NCBI GenBank assembly: GCA_965261895.1
Contig: OZ253480.1
Span: 2,727,788-2,791,787 of the forward strand
Length of the DNA: 64,000 nucleotides
Direction of reading: 5' to 3'
Origin: an uncultured Candidatus Binatia bacterium
GTDB lineage: Bacteria; Desulfobacterota; Binatia; UBA9968; JAJDTQ01
The translations under genes were made by a program, and so were the position numbers. This document shows positions 1 through 8,562 of the stretch, in pieces. How positions within the stretch are numbered: position 1 is the stretch's first letter; every line of letters begins with the position of its first letter. The notes under the pieces were generated by a model, which was not told the origin of the DNA, made no database searches, and worked only from the letters and a program-made list of their open reading frames with translations.

Positions 1-729
1 CTGCACACCCCGCTCCACCATCAAGCCCCGGGCGCCGTTGACGGCCTCCTCGGTGGTGAAGGCATCGGCGATCCGGTAGATGTTGGCGGGCCCGTGGCCG
101 CGCTCGTCGTCGAGCACCACGGTGAAGGCCTCGGCCAACCGGTCGTTGAGCTCGTTGCCGCTCAACTGGGTGGCGGCGTAGAACAGGCCGCAACTGCCGC
201 CTTCGAGCAATCCCTGGGAGTTGATGAGACGCGCCCAGGACTCCTGGCGCGCCTCCTGTTCCTTGAATACCTCCGCCAGCCGTACCCATTCCGTCATATC
301 GGGCAGCGAGGGGTCGGGGTTCCAGCGGTTGTACCGGCGCACCACCTCCTTGATGTCCAGGGGCTCGCCGGTGAGCCACTCGATGATGTCGACGCACCGG
401 TTGCCGTGGTTGAGCTCCTGCTTGGTCCGGAAGAGGTTCTCCTCGAGCCAGTTCCGGTCCACGTCTCCGCCCCACTGGTCGACCCAGTACTGGTCCGATT
501 TGGTGAGGTCCCCGCCCACCTTCTCGACGATCTCCTTGAGGGCGGTGAAGGTGCTCTCGATCTCCCGGCCCGCCTGTTTGGTGAGCCAGATGACCTCCTT
601 GCCGCGGTCCCGCTGGTCCCAGTTGAAATAGGTATCGGCGATCTCCGCCTCGCCCGCGGCGAAGACCGCCGCCACCCGCGCCAACTCCCGGGTTGCCCTT
701 TCGGTAAAACCGTTCCCGGCGTCGCTCAT
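1..729 (-). CDS. Partial CDS (N-terminal 243 codons in window; continues beyond window start): ferritin-like (ExxH-motif) protein of unknown function, paralog of 11965..12813
   Basis: Manual minus-strand translation from ATG at 727-729 is open to the window edge (MSDAGNGFTERATRELARVAAVFAAGEAEIADTYFNW...DDERGHGPANIYRIAD). It shares blocks with the 11965..12813 protein (AGEAE..TYF; EGG..FY; DDERGHGP vs HDEMRHGP). The ATG overlaps the TGA stop of the upstream large-subunit gene (ATGA). Not in the ORF track because it runs off the window edge. Confidence 0.55.
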   Translation of the reverse strand, partial: MSDAGNGFTERATRELARVAAVFAAGEAEIADTYFNWDQRDRGKEVIWLTKQAGREIESTFTALKEIVEKVGGDLTKSDQYWVDQWGGDVDRNWLEENLFRTKQELNHGNRCVDIIEWLTGEPLDIKEVVRRYNRWNPDPSLPDMTEWVRLAEVFKEQEARQESWARLINSQGLLEGGSCGLFYAATQLSGNELNDRLAEAFTVVLDDERGHGPANIYRIADAFTTEEAVNGARGLMVERGVQ

Positions 730-3137
730 CCCTGTTCTCCTGTCGTCTTGATGTTCTGTTCGTGTATCGCCCGCCAGATGTTCTCCGGCTTGAGCGGCAG
801 CCTCATGATCTTCACGCCCAGCGGCGCCAGCGCATCCTCTATGGCGCTGGCCAGGACCACCGGCGGGCCGATGGCGCCGATCTCCCCCACTCCCTTGAAC
901 CCGCCGGGGGTGAAGGGCATGGGCGTCACCATGTGATGGAGCTCCAGATCCGGCATCTCCGCCATGGACGGTATCAGATAGTCGGCGAAGGTGCCTGACA
1001 GGAGCTGTCCCTGCTCGTCATACACCAGCTCTTCGAGAAACGCGCCCCCTACGCCGTGGGAGATGGCGCCGGTGATCTGGGTCTGAACGATCATCGGGTT
1101 CACCATGTTGCCGCAGTCGTCTACGCCGAGATACTTCAGGATCTTTGTCTCACCTGTGGCGACGTCGACCTCCACGTAGGCCACGTGCACCGCATAGGGA
1201 AAGGTGGAGAAGTTCGAGGTCCGGCCCTTGGCGTCGGGCTCGAAGCTGGTGTTGGGGTTGATGAAGTAGTGGGTGTCGTGGAGCCCCGGGTCCATGCCCG
1301 GCGGCAACTGGTTGATGGAGTAGTAGGCCAGGTTGGCGATCTCCTTGACCGTCAGCGCGACGCCGGGCTTTTCCCGGCTCAACACCATGCCGCCGGTGCA
1401 TTCGAGGGCGGCGGGATGGGTTCGCAGCGCGTGCGCGGCGATGGCCAGCATCTTCCTCTGCACCGCCTGACAGGCCTTGATGGCGGCCGAAACCGTCACC
1501 GTGGAGAACCGGCTGGCGTAGGAGCCGCTGGACGACGACACCAGGGCGCTGTCGCCTTCGAACACCTGCACGTCCTCGAAGCGGATGCCGAGCCCGTCCG
1601 CCACCACCTGGGACAGCGTGGTCTTGTGGCTCATGCTCATGTTCACGTCGCCCGAGAACACCCAGGCCTTGCCCACCGGGTCCACCCGCACCGTGACGGT
1701 CTCGTAGCCCGCGTTGTAGGCGTTGGGCCGGAGCGAGCTCAGGGGCTCCAGGATGAACGCCAGGCCGATGCCACGGTAGCGGCCCTCCCGGCGGCAGCGG
1801 TCCCGGTCCGCCAGCAGGCCGCCGTAGTCCGCGTGCTCCAGCGCCTTCCGCAGGCACGTCGGATAGTCGCCGCTGTCGTAGGTGGAGCCCGTGACACAGG
1901 TGTAGGGAAACTCGTGGGGCTGGATCAGGTTACGCAGCCGGATCTCGTCCTTGCCCAGGCCCAACTCCAGGGCGGCCCGGTCCATCACCCGCTCCATGAT
2001 GAAGTTGGACTCGGCCTTGCCGTTGGCCCGGTGGGGGCCGGCGGCGGTCTTGTTGGTGACCACGCCGAAGGACGTGGTGGCGTAGTTGTCGACGCGGTAG
2101 GGCCCGGGAATGAAGTTCGCCGTGACGAAGGCCAGGGAGGTGCCGCCGCTGGGGTAGGCGGCGCCGAGGTCCACGATCACCTTGGTCTTGAGGGCGGTGA
2201 TGCGGCCGGAGCGGTCGAAGCCAGCCTCGACGTAGTCCACCTGCGCCCGGGAATGGTGCGAGGCCACCATGTGCTCGCTGCGGCTCTCCCGCCAGCCCAC
2301 CGGCCGGTTGAGCTGAAGCGACAGCAGCGGCATCAGCACCTCTTCGGGATAGAACGCCCACTTGATGCCGAAGCCGCCGCCCATGGTGGGCGAGATCACC
2401 CGGATCTTGAGATCCGTGCGTCCCAGCGTGTCCAGCACCAGGTTCGGGAGCGCGTGCGGCACCTGGGTGGAACTCCACAGCGTCAGCAGATTGTCCCGCC
2501 GGTCGGCGCTGGCGATGACCCCGCGTGTTTCCATCGGCGTCCCGGTGTAACGGTGCTGCACAATGCGCTCCCGGATCACCACCGGGGCCTCCTTCAGCAG
2601 CTCGTCCACCGGGCCCTCGCTGAAGCGAAACTCGTACTGGATGTTGTCGGGCCACGCCTCGTAGAGCCGGGTGGTCCCCGACTCCAGCGCGGCCTCCACG
2701 TCAACCACCGGCGGCAAGGCTTCGTACTCGACCCGTACCGCCTCCGCCGCGTCCGCCGCCGCGTAACGGTCTTCCGACACCACCACGGCCACCGCCTCGC
2801 CCACGTGGCGCACCCGGTCTACCGCCAGACAGTAGTGGTCGGCGAACCGCACGCGCGGGTAGTCGCTGGTGTACGGCTTGGTCTTGGTGAAGGGAAAAGG
2901 CGACAGGGGACGGGACAGCCGCCGGACGTCCTCGCCACTCATGGCCGCCACGACGCCGGGCTGCGCAAGCGCTTCCGACAGGTCCACTCGCGTCACGCGT
3001 GCGTGGGCGTAGGGACTGCGGTGGATGCAGGCGTGGAGCATCCCGGGCACCTCGATATCGCTGATATAGGTGTTTTTCCCCTGGATGGAGTCGAAGGACT
3101 CCTTCCGCTTGATGCTCTTGCCGACGTAGGTCGCCAT
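726..3137 (-). CDS. Molybdopterin-binding large subunit of a xanthine dehydrogenase / CO dehydrogenase / 4-hydroxybenzoyl-CoA reductase family hydroxylase (CoxL-like)
   Basis: ORF 726..3263 with a GGGFG-containing molybdopterin hydroxylase signature (PTMGGGFGIKW). The likely start is the ATG at 3137 (MATYVGKSIKRKESF); upstream residues of the ORF translate the intergenic palindrome. No VAYRCSFR active-site loop seen, so not called a bona fide CO dehydrogenase. Confidence 0.85.
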   Translation of the reverse strand: MATYVGKSIKRKESFDSIQGKNTYISDIEVPGMLHACIHRSPYAHARVTRVDLSEALAQPGVVAAMSGEDVRRLSRPLSPFPFTKTKPYTSDYPRVRFADHYCLAVDRVRHVGEAVAVVVSEDRYAAADAAEAVRVEYEALPPVVDVEAALESGTTRLYEAWPDNIQYEFRFSEGPVDELLKEAPVVIRERIVQHRYTGTPMETRGVIASADRRDNLLTLWSSTQVPHALPNLVLDTLGRTDLKIRVISPTMGGGFGIKWAFYPEEVLMPLLSLQLNRPVGWRESRSEHMVASHHSRAQVDYVEAGFDRSGRITALKTKVIVDLGAAYPSGGTSLAFVTANFIPGPYRVDNYATTSFGVVTNKTAAGPHRANGKAESNFIMERVMDRAALELGLGKDEIRLRNLIQPHEFPYTCVTGSTYDSGDYPTCLRKALEHADYGGLLADRDRCRREGRYRGIGLAFILEPLSSLRPNAYNAGYETVTVRVDPVGKAWVFSGDVNMSMSHKTTLSQVVADGLGIRFEDVQVFEGDSALVSSSSGSYASRFSTVTVSAAIKACQAVQRKMLAIAAHALRTHPAALECTGGMVLSREKPGVALTVKEIANLAYYSINQLPPGMDPGLHDTHYFINPNTSFEPDAKGRTSNFSTFPYAVHVAYVEVDVATGETKILKYLGVDDCGNMVNPMIVQTQITGAISHGVGGAFLEELVYDEQGQLLSGTFADYLIPSMAEMPDLELHHMVTPMPFTPGGFKGVGEIGAIGPPVVLASAIEDALAPLGVKIMRLPLKPENIWRAIHEQNIKTTGEQG

Positions 3138-3172
3138 GGTCGTCTTCTTGCCTTCTATATCAGACCGGGCCA

Positions 3173-3193
3173 GGGCGGGTTTGAAACCCGCCC
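3173..3193. repeat. Solo 21-bp core palindrome GGGCGGGTTTGAAACCCGCCC (same core as the MITE family)
   Basis: Perfect inverted repeat between the large-subunit start and the small-subunit stop. The adjacent CCTAC supplies the small-subunit TAG stop (3194-3196). Confidence 0.8.
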
Positions 3194-3670
3194 CTACGAG
3201 CGCATCCGCTCCGCCGCCTGCTTGACCGCCTTGATGATGTTCAGATAGCCGGTGCAACGGCACAGGTTGCCGGAGTAGGCCCGGCGGATCTCCTCGTCGG
3301 ATGGGTCAGGGTTCTCGTCGAGAAACGCCACCGTGGTCATCAGCATGCCGGGGGTGCAGAAGCCGCACTCCAGTGCGTCGCATTCCCAGAACGCTTCCTG
3401 GATCGGATGCAGCTCTCCGTTCGGGGCCAGGCCTTCCACCGTGCGGATCTCCGCCCCGTCGGCCCGGGGCGCCAGCACCTGGCACGATTTCACGGTGAGG
3501 CCGTTCATGATGACGGTGCAGGCGCCGCAGTTGCCGGTGTCGCAGCCCACGTGAGTGCCCTTGAGGCCGGCCTTGTCGCGGATGAGATCCACCAGCAGGA
3601 GGCGCGGCTCCACCTCGAACGAGTAAGCCGTTCCGTTGATGGTGGTGTGGACCGTGATCCGTTGCATCAA
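3194..3670 (-). CDS. [2Fe-2S]-binding small subunit of molybdenum hydroxylase (CoxS-like)
   Basis: 158 aa with a plant-type ferredoxin motif ([11 protein letters not shown]) and a second cluster motif (CGFCTPGM...CRCTGY). Confidence 0.9.
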   Translation of the reverse strand: MMQRITVHTTINGTAYSFEVEPRLLLVDLIRDKAGLKGTHVGCDTGNCGACTVIMNGLTVKSCQVLAPRADGAEIRTVEGLAPNGELHPIQEAFWECDALECGFCTPGMLMTTVAFLDENPDPSDEEIRRAYSGNLCRCTGYLNIIKAVKQAAERMRS

Positions 3671-3727
3671 CCGTCATCCGTGAAGGGAACCCATTCGGAC
3701 TGCCTGTTGTCGAATGGCTTGACCCGC

Positions 3728-3968
3728 AAATCCAAACCCTCTCCCTTTTGGGAGAGGGTGGCCTGGTTCCGTCCCAAATCCAACCCCTCTCCCTTTGGGA
3801 GAGGGTGGCCGAAGGCCGGGTGAGGGCGCCCCAACAGCCCTCGTTGTCCCATTCCTTGCCGCATCCAAACTGGCAGCTTTCATCGGCGGACCCTCACCCC
3901 AACCCTCTCCCAGAGGGAGAGGGGGTCGGAGGCTGCTTTCTCCAAAACCAGAGAGGGGGTCGGAGGCG
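3728..3968. repeat. Tandem REP-like hairpin repeats (unit about 47 bp; palindrome CCCTCTCCC-TTTT-GGGAGAGGG) in the coxM-like/coxS-like spacer
   Basis: Palindromes at 3735-3761, 3782-3808 and 3901-3933, plus a half copy at 3947-3968. Units start with CAAATCCAA(C)CCCTCTCCC. Seen only at this locus in the window. Confidence 0.75.
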
Positions 3969-3987
3969 TTGCGGAAGAGGTTTTCCT

Positions 3988-4875
3988 TCAAGATACCGGC
4001 CCCTCGTCCAGCCGCGCATGGGCTCTTTCCCGCGCCCGGGTCAGGGCCCGGGTGACCACCACCGGGGTCATTTCCCTGCGGTACTCCGCGGACGCGTGAA
4101 CGTCGCTCACCGGATCCGCAGCCTTTCCGGCCAGCGCGGCGGCTTCCGCCAGGTCGGCGTCCGTCAGCTTCGTGCCCCGGAGCGACCGGCCCGCGGCTTC
4201 ACAGACGAGGGCCGTGGGGCCGACCGCGCAGAGGGCGACGCGGGCATCGCTGCAGGAGCCGTCCGGCGACAGGCTCACCAGCGCCGCGGCACCCACCACC
4301 GCGTAGTCGCCGGCCCGGCGCGTGAGCTTGATGTAGGCGTGGCCCCAGACACCTGCCGGAACCGGGACGTCCACGGACGTTACCATCTCGTCATGGGACA
4401 GACAGGTGTCGAACGGACCGGAAAAGAAATCGTGGGCGGCGATGGTGCGGCTTCCGCCGGCGGATCGGGCCGTCAGGGTGGCCCGTAGTGCCAGCACCGC
4501 GGGGGCGAGGTCGCCCGACGGGTCCGCCTGGCTCAGGGTGCCGCCGAGGGTGCCGAGATTCCGGATGTGGATGTCGCCGATGCTCGCGGCGGCCTCGGAA
4601 AGGAGCGGCTGACGCCGCAGGAACGTACGTTCAAGGGTCCGCTCGGTCACCAGCGCGCCGATCCGCACGGAATCCGCGTCCTCTGTTACGTCGGTCAACT
4701 CCCGGAGTCGTCCGATGTCGATGATCACCCGCGGCCGAATCAGCCTCAGCTTCAGCATCGGCAGGAGGGACTGCCCTCCCGCCATGAGCCGCGCCTCTTC
4801 GCCATACTCGCGGAGCAGCGCGAGCGCTTCGGGAATCGAATCCGGCGCCCGGTACTCGAAGGGAGGGGGGATCAT
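3988..4875 (-). CDS. FAD-binding medium subunit of molybdenum hydroxylase (CoxM-like)
   Basis: 295 aa with FAD-binding PCMH-type motifs (MAGGQSLLPMLKLRL). Confidence 0.85.
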   Translation of the reverse strand: MIPPPFEYRAPDSIPEALALLREYGEEARLMAGGQSLLPMLKLRLIRPRVIIDIGRLRELTDVTEDADSVRIGALVTERTLERTFLRRQPLLSEAAASIGDIHIRNLGTLGGTLSQADPSGDLAPAVLALRATLTARSAGGSRTIAAHDFFSGPFDTCLSHDEMVTSVDVPVPAGVWGHAYIKLTRRAGDYAVVGAAALVSLSPDGSCSDARVALCAVGPTALVCEAAGRSLRGTKLTDADLAEAAALAGKAADPVSDVHASAEYRREMTPVVVTRALTRARERAHARLDEGPVS

Positions 4876-4890
4876 TCGAAAGGGGGCGCG

Positions 4891-5889
4891 CTACCCGCGG
4901 GAGCGCGCCAGCTTCCACTCCTCTCCGCGAACGGTCTCGTGAAAGAGCTCGTCCACGTTGGGTTCCTTCTTGATCATGCCCTGCTCCCGGGAGTAGCGCG
5001 CCAGGGTCCCGAAGTTGTTGCGGTTGGTGTCGTTGAGCCCGTAGACCCACGGGTCCTCGCCCAGCAGCTCGATCTGCTCCTCCCAGGAGTCCCGGAAGAA
5101 CGCCAGCGGCACGACACGGGGATTGTCCATCCTCCGGTAGGCTGCCTGCTTGGACTTCTCGAACGCCACCATCATGTTCATGGGCACCCAGGGGTGCTTG
5201 TCCACGATCTCCTGCTTGATGACCGTGGTGTGCATGATGGGAAAGATGCCGGTGCGCTGGAAATAATCGAGCTCGACCTTCTTGGGATCGTCGAAGATGC
5301 GCTTGACCCGGGTGTCGCCCTCCAGGACCGGCGCGATGATGTCGGGATAGATGACGGCATCCAGCTCGCCCTCGGCGAGCATCTCCTCGACCCGCTTCCC
5401 CTTGGGAAGGCGTTCCATCCGGAGACCTTCCGGCGGATCGAAGGGGACGTCCTCTTCCTTCTCGGCCCGCCATTCAATGTCCTTGAAAGAGACGCCGTAC
5501 TCGTCCTGCAGGGTGCCGCGGATCCACAAGAGCGCCGTGGCTTGCCAGTTCTTGAGCCCCACGGTCTTGCCTTTAAGGTCCTTGGGCTCCTGGATGCCCT
5601 TGTTCGCGTTGATGAAGATGAAGCCGTGGCGGAACCGGCGGTGGAGAAAAACCGGGATGGCCGTGAGATCGTCCGCCTCGCCCCGGTCCTTGGCCAGCAG
5701 ATAGGACGAGCCCGATTGCTCGGCGACGTCGAACTCGCGGAAACGCGACACGCGCCAGTGCCGCGTGGACGAGTCCATGTCCGTCAGCACGGTGAGCTCG
5801 ATGCCGTCCGGCTGCACCGTTCCCTCCTTGAGGGCCCGGATACTCTCGTAGTCGCCGCAAGCCAGTGTCAAATGAAGTTTCTCGGCCAT
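4891..5889 (-). CDS. PhtD/4,5-dihydroxyphthalate decarboxylase-like protein (NMT1/THI5 periplasmic-binding-like fold, no signal peptide)
   Basis: ORF 4891..6009. Probable start is the ATG at 5889 (MAEKLHLTLACGDYE) with a GGAGG RBS. It is a paralog of 47265..48257. The stop lies 15 bp upstream of the coxM-like start, suggesting one operon. The functional name is inferred from family resemblance only. Confidence 0.55.
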   Translation of the reverse strand: MAEKLHLTLACGDYESIRALKEGTVQPDGIELTVLTDMDSSTRHWRVSRFREFDVAEQSGSSYLLAKDRGEADDLTAIPVFLHRRFRHGFIFINANKGIQEPKDLKGKTVGLKNWQATALLWIRGTLQDEYGVSFKDIEWRAEKEEDVPFDPPEGLRMERLPKGKRVEEMLAEGELDAVIYPDIIAPVLEGDTRVKRIFDDPKKVELDYFQRTGIFPIMHTTVIKQEIVDKHPWVPMNMMVAFEKSKQAAYRRMDNPRVVPLAFFRDSWEEQIELLGEDPWVYGLNDTNRNNFGTLARYSREQGMIKKEPNVDELFHETVRGEEWKLARSRG

Positions 5890-5954
5890 TTCGTTACCTC
5901 CGAAGTCTCGCGCGGCCTGGAACCCCGGGAGCCAAAAGCCGCTGGAATACGAGG

Positions 5955-5981
5955 TTGTAGGGGCGGGTTTCAAACCCGCCC
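5955..5981. repeat. Solo core palindrome (TTGTAGGGGCGGGTTTCAAACCCGCCC)
   Basis: Same 21-bp palindrome as 3173..3193, in reverse orientation. Confidence 0.8.
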
Positions 5982-6033
5982 GCGCCCGCATTGCGCCGTC
6001 GCCCGACACGGGCCGGCAGCGCGGAGTATCCGT

Positions 6034-6735
6034 TCAGTCGATGGCGAGCCGTTTCGCCCGCCGCACGAAATAGTCCCACATGCTGCCCAGCCGGTGCGGC
6101 GTGTAGATCTGGTCGTACTTCTCGCGCGCCTCCTCGTCGTTACTCCAGGTGGGATCTCCGGCAGCGGCGGCAAGGAGCTGTATGCGACACGCCTTTTCCA
6201 GAAAGATCGCGTACAGGGTGGCGGTCTCCACCGATTCGGCCACGACGGTGGAGCCGTGGTTTTTCATCAGCACGGCCCGGTACCCTTCCAGCTTCTTGGC
6301 CAGCTCCACCCCCAGCTCGGGCGTCCGGATCAGGATCGTGGTGTAGTCGAAGAGCGGGAGCCCATCGTGGAAGATGGAACCCTCGTGGCTCACGGGGCGC
6401 AGCGGCTGTCTCAGGGAGCCGAATGCGGTGGCGTAGGGCGGATGGCTGTGGATAACGCAGTTCACGTCCGGCCGCGCCCGGTAGATCTCCGTGTGGATGA
6501 ATACCTCGGAGTGGCGCTCGTAATCGCCCTCGATCTTGTTGCCGTCGAAGTCCACCTTGATGATGTGGTACGGGCGGATCTCCTCGAAGCCGTAGCTGTG
6601 GGGCTTCATCAACATGACGTTCTCGCCCGGCACCCGGGCCGACACGTGCCCCAGGATATTGTCCCAGTGCCCTTCGAGGGCCAGGATGTTGCACGAAATC
6701 GCCACCTTGTCTCTCAACGCTACCAAGTCGTCCAT
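6034..6735 (-). CDS. Class II aldolase/adducin-domain protein
   Basis: 233 aa with conserved aldolase II metal-binding histidines (HSHPPYATA). Confidence 0.75.
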   Translation of the reverse strand: MDDLVALRDKVAISCNILALEGHWDNILGHVSARVPGENVMLMKPHSYGFEEIRPYHIIKVDFDGNKIEGDYERHSEVFIHTEIYRARPDVNCVIHSHPPYATAFGSLRQPLRPVSHEGSIFHDGLPLFDYTTILIRTPELGVELAKKLEGYRAVLMKNHGSTVVAESVETATLYAIFLEKACRIQLLAAAAGDPTWSNDEEAREKYDQIYTPHRLGSMWDYFVRRAKRLAID

Positions 6736-6750
6736 GAAACCCCCTTGAAA

Positions 6751-6888
6751 GTCCTTCGACTCCGCTCCGCTTCCTTCGACTCCGCTTCGCTACGCTCAGG
6801 ACGAACGGTTGTGGAAGGCCTCTCTCCGTTCGTCCTGAGCGTAGCGAAGCGGAGTCGAAGGAAGCGGAGCGGAGCGAAGTCGAAGGAC
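6751..6888. repeat. 138-bp near-perfect hairpin (about 58-bp arms, 17-nt loop) between the aldolase start and the CoA-ligase stop
   Basis: The left arm gtccttcgactccgctccgcttccttcgactccgcttcgctacgctcaggacgaacgg is reverse-complementary to 6826-6888. The arms also contain an internal direct repeat. Confidence 0.8.
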
Positions 6889-6897
6889 CGCATTATC

Positions 6898-8442
6898 CTA
6901 TCCCCTGAGCTTGAACCGCTGTATCTTGCCAGTCACCGTCTTGGGCAGATCGTCCACGAATTCCACCCAGCGCGGGTACTTGTACGGTACCAGACTGCCC
7001 TTGACGAAGTCCTGCAGCTCCTGGGCCAGCCCGTCGGCGCCGTGGTGCTCGGTCTTGAGGATGACGTAGGCCTTGGGCTTGATGAGGCCGTCGGCGTCGG
7101 CCTGTCCGGTCACCGCCGCCTCGAGCACCGCCGGATGCTCCATCAGCGCGTTCTCCACCTCAATGGGCGAGACCCACAGGCCGCCCACCTTGAGCATGTC
7201 GTCGGAGCGGCCACAGTACCAGAAATAGCCGTCGTCGTCCCGATAGTACGTGTCGCCGGTCTTGAGCCACTCCCCGAGCATGGTGCGCTGGGTCTGCTCG
7301 TGTTTGTTCCAGTAGTAGGGTGCGGTGGCGTCGCCGCTGACGTACAGGTTGCCCACCTCGCCGTTGGGCACTTCACGTCCCTCGTCGTCCACCACCTTGG
7401 CCACGAAGGCCGGCGTCACCTCGCCGCTGCTTCCCGCCTTTGCCCGTCCCGGCCGGTTGGCGAGGAAATCGTGGGTCGCCTCGGTGGAGCCTACGACGTC
7501 CAGCAGCTCCACGCCGACTTTCTCCCGCCACTGGTTGAAGAGGGCCGGCGGCAGCGGCTCTCCGGAGGACAGGCAGACCTTCAGCGAGCTGAGGTCGTAC
7601 TCCTTCTCCACCCGCAGCATGCGGGCGTAGAGCGTCGGCACCGAGAAGAAGAAGGTGGGCCGGTACCGCTCGATGGTTTGGAGTATTTTTTCCGGATCCG
7701 GCCGTTCGGGCCACAGCACGCCGGCGGCTCCGAAACGGAAGGGGAAGTAAAGGGAGTTCCCCAGCCCGTAGGAAAAGAACAGTTTGGAGGCGGACAGGCA
7801 GACGTCGTCCTCGGTCATGCCGAGCACGGGCTTCACGAACAGATCGGTGATGGTGATCATGTCGTGCTGGAGATGGACCGCGCCCTTGGGGTTGCCTGTG
7901 CTCCCCGAGGTGTAGTTCCACATGACGACGTCGTCGCGTCCGGTGGGTTCCGCTTCGAGCTCCGCGGACTGGCCCTCCAGCAGGGCGTCCCAACCCATGG
8001 CGCTACCCCGCGGGGTTCCCACCACCACCACGTGGCGCAGGTGGCGCGGCCTTTCGCTGATGGCCTCGATCTCGGGCAGCGCGGACTCGTGCACCACGAC
8101 GATGCGAGCCCGGCTGTCGTTGAGGAGGTACTCGTAATCCCCGGCCTTCATCCAGGGATTCACCGGAATGGGGACGGCGCCGATCTTGATGGCGCCGAAG
8201 AAGCTGAAAGCGAACTCCGGGCAGTCGGGAAGCACCAGCAGGACGCGCTGTTCCGTGTCAAGCCCGAGTCCGCGGAATGCGTTCCCGGCGCGGTTGACCG
8301 CCTCCTGGACCTGCCGGTAGGTGATCCGCTGGTCCTCGTACAGGATCGCGGTGCGCTCGCCGCGGCCGGCGGTGACGTTGTCGTCGACGAACGTGGTGGC
8401 CGCGTTGTAGGGGTCCGGCAGTTCGAGTCGCGGAGCGCTCAT
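6898..8442 (-). CDS. AMP-dependent aryl/acyl-CoA synthetase (benzoate-CoA ligase-like)
   Basis: 514 aa with the AMP-binding motif YTSGSTGNPKG and C-terminal GKIQR. Confidence 0.8.
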   Translation of the reverse strand: MSAPRLELPDPYNAATTFVDDNVTAGRGERTAILYEDQRITYRQVQEAVNRAGNAFRGLGLDTEQRVLLVLPDCPEFAFSFFGAIKIGAVPIPVNPWMKAGDYEYLLNDSRARIVVVHESALPEIEAISERPRHLRHVVVVGTPRGSAMGWDALLEGQSAELEAEPTGRDDVVMWNYTSGSTGNPKGAVHLQHDMITITDLFVKPVLGMTEDDVCLSASKLFFSYGLGNSLYFPFRFGAAGVLWPERPDPEKILQTIERYRPTFFFSVPTLYARMLRVEKEYDLSSLKVCLSSGEPLPPALFNQWREKVGVELLDVVGSTEATHDFLANRPGRAKAGSSGEVTPAFVAKVVDDEGREVPNGEVGNLYVSGDATAPYYWNKHEQTQRTMLGEWLKTGDTYYRDDDGYFWYCGRSDDMLKVGGLWVSPIEVENALMEHPAVLEAAVTGQADADGLIKPKAYVILKTEHHGADGLAQELQDFVKGSLVPYKYPRWVEFVDDLPKTVTGKIQRFKLRG

Positions 8443-8491
8443 GCTCGTTTCAATTCGGAGCCCGTACCGGCCGACAGCGCGATACGGGCGC

Positions 8492-8512
8492 GGGCGGGTT
8501 TGAAACCCGCCC
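8492..8512. repeat. Solo core palindrome GGGCGGGTTTGAAACCCGCCC
   Basis: Perfect 21-bp inverted repeat followed by CTACA. Confidence 0.8.
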
Positions 8513-8562
8513 CTACACTCTCGCCTTCCTGCGGCGTCGACACCTGGCGGGACGGGTTCGGG

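Noticed and set aside
94-3248. Plus-strand ORFs 94..936, 221..631, 762..998 and 1056..3248 (730 aa)
   Set aside because: They are antisense to the ferritin-like and CoxL-like genes, with no motifs and Arg/Gly/Pro-rich artefact composition.
3137-3263. N-terminal extensions containing GLKPAPT / GFKPAR on several ORFs (CoxL-like, PhtD-like, CoA-ligase-upstream, groES-upstream and others)
   Set aside because: These are translations of the core palindrome GGGCGGGTTTSAAACCCGCCC. Real starts with an RBS lie downstream.
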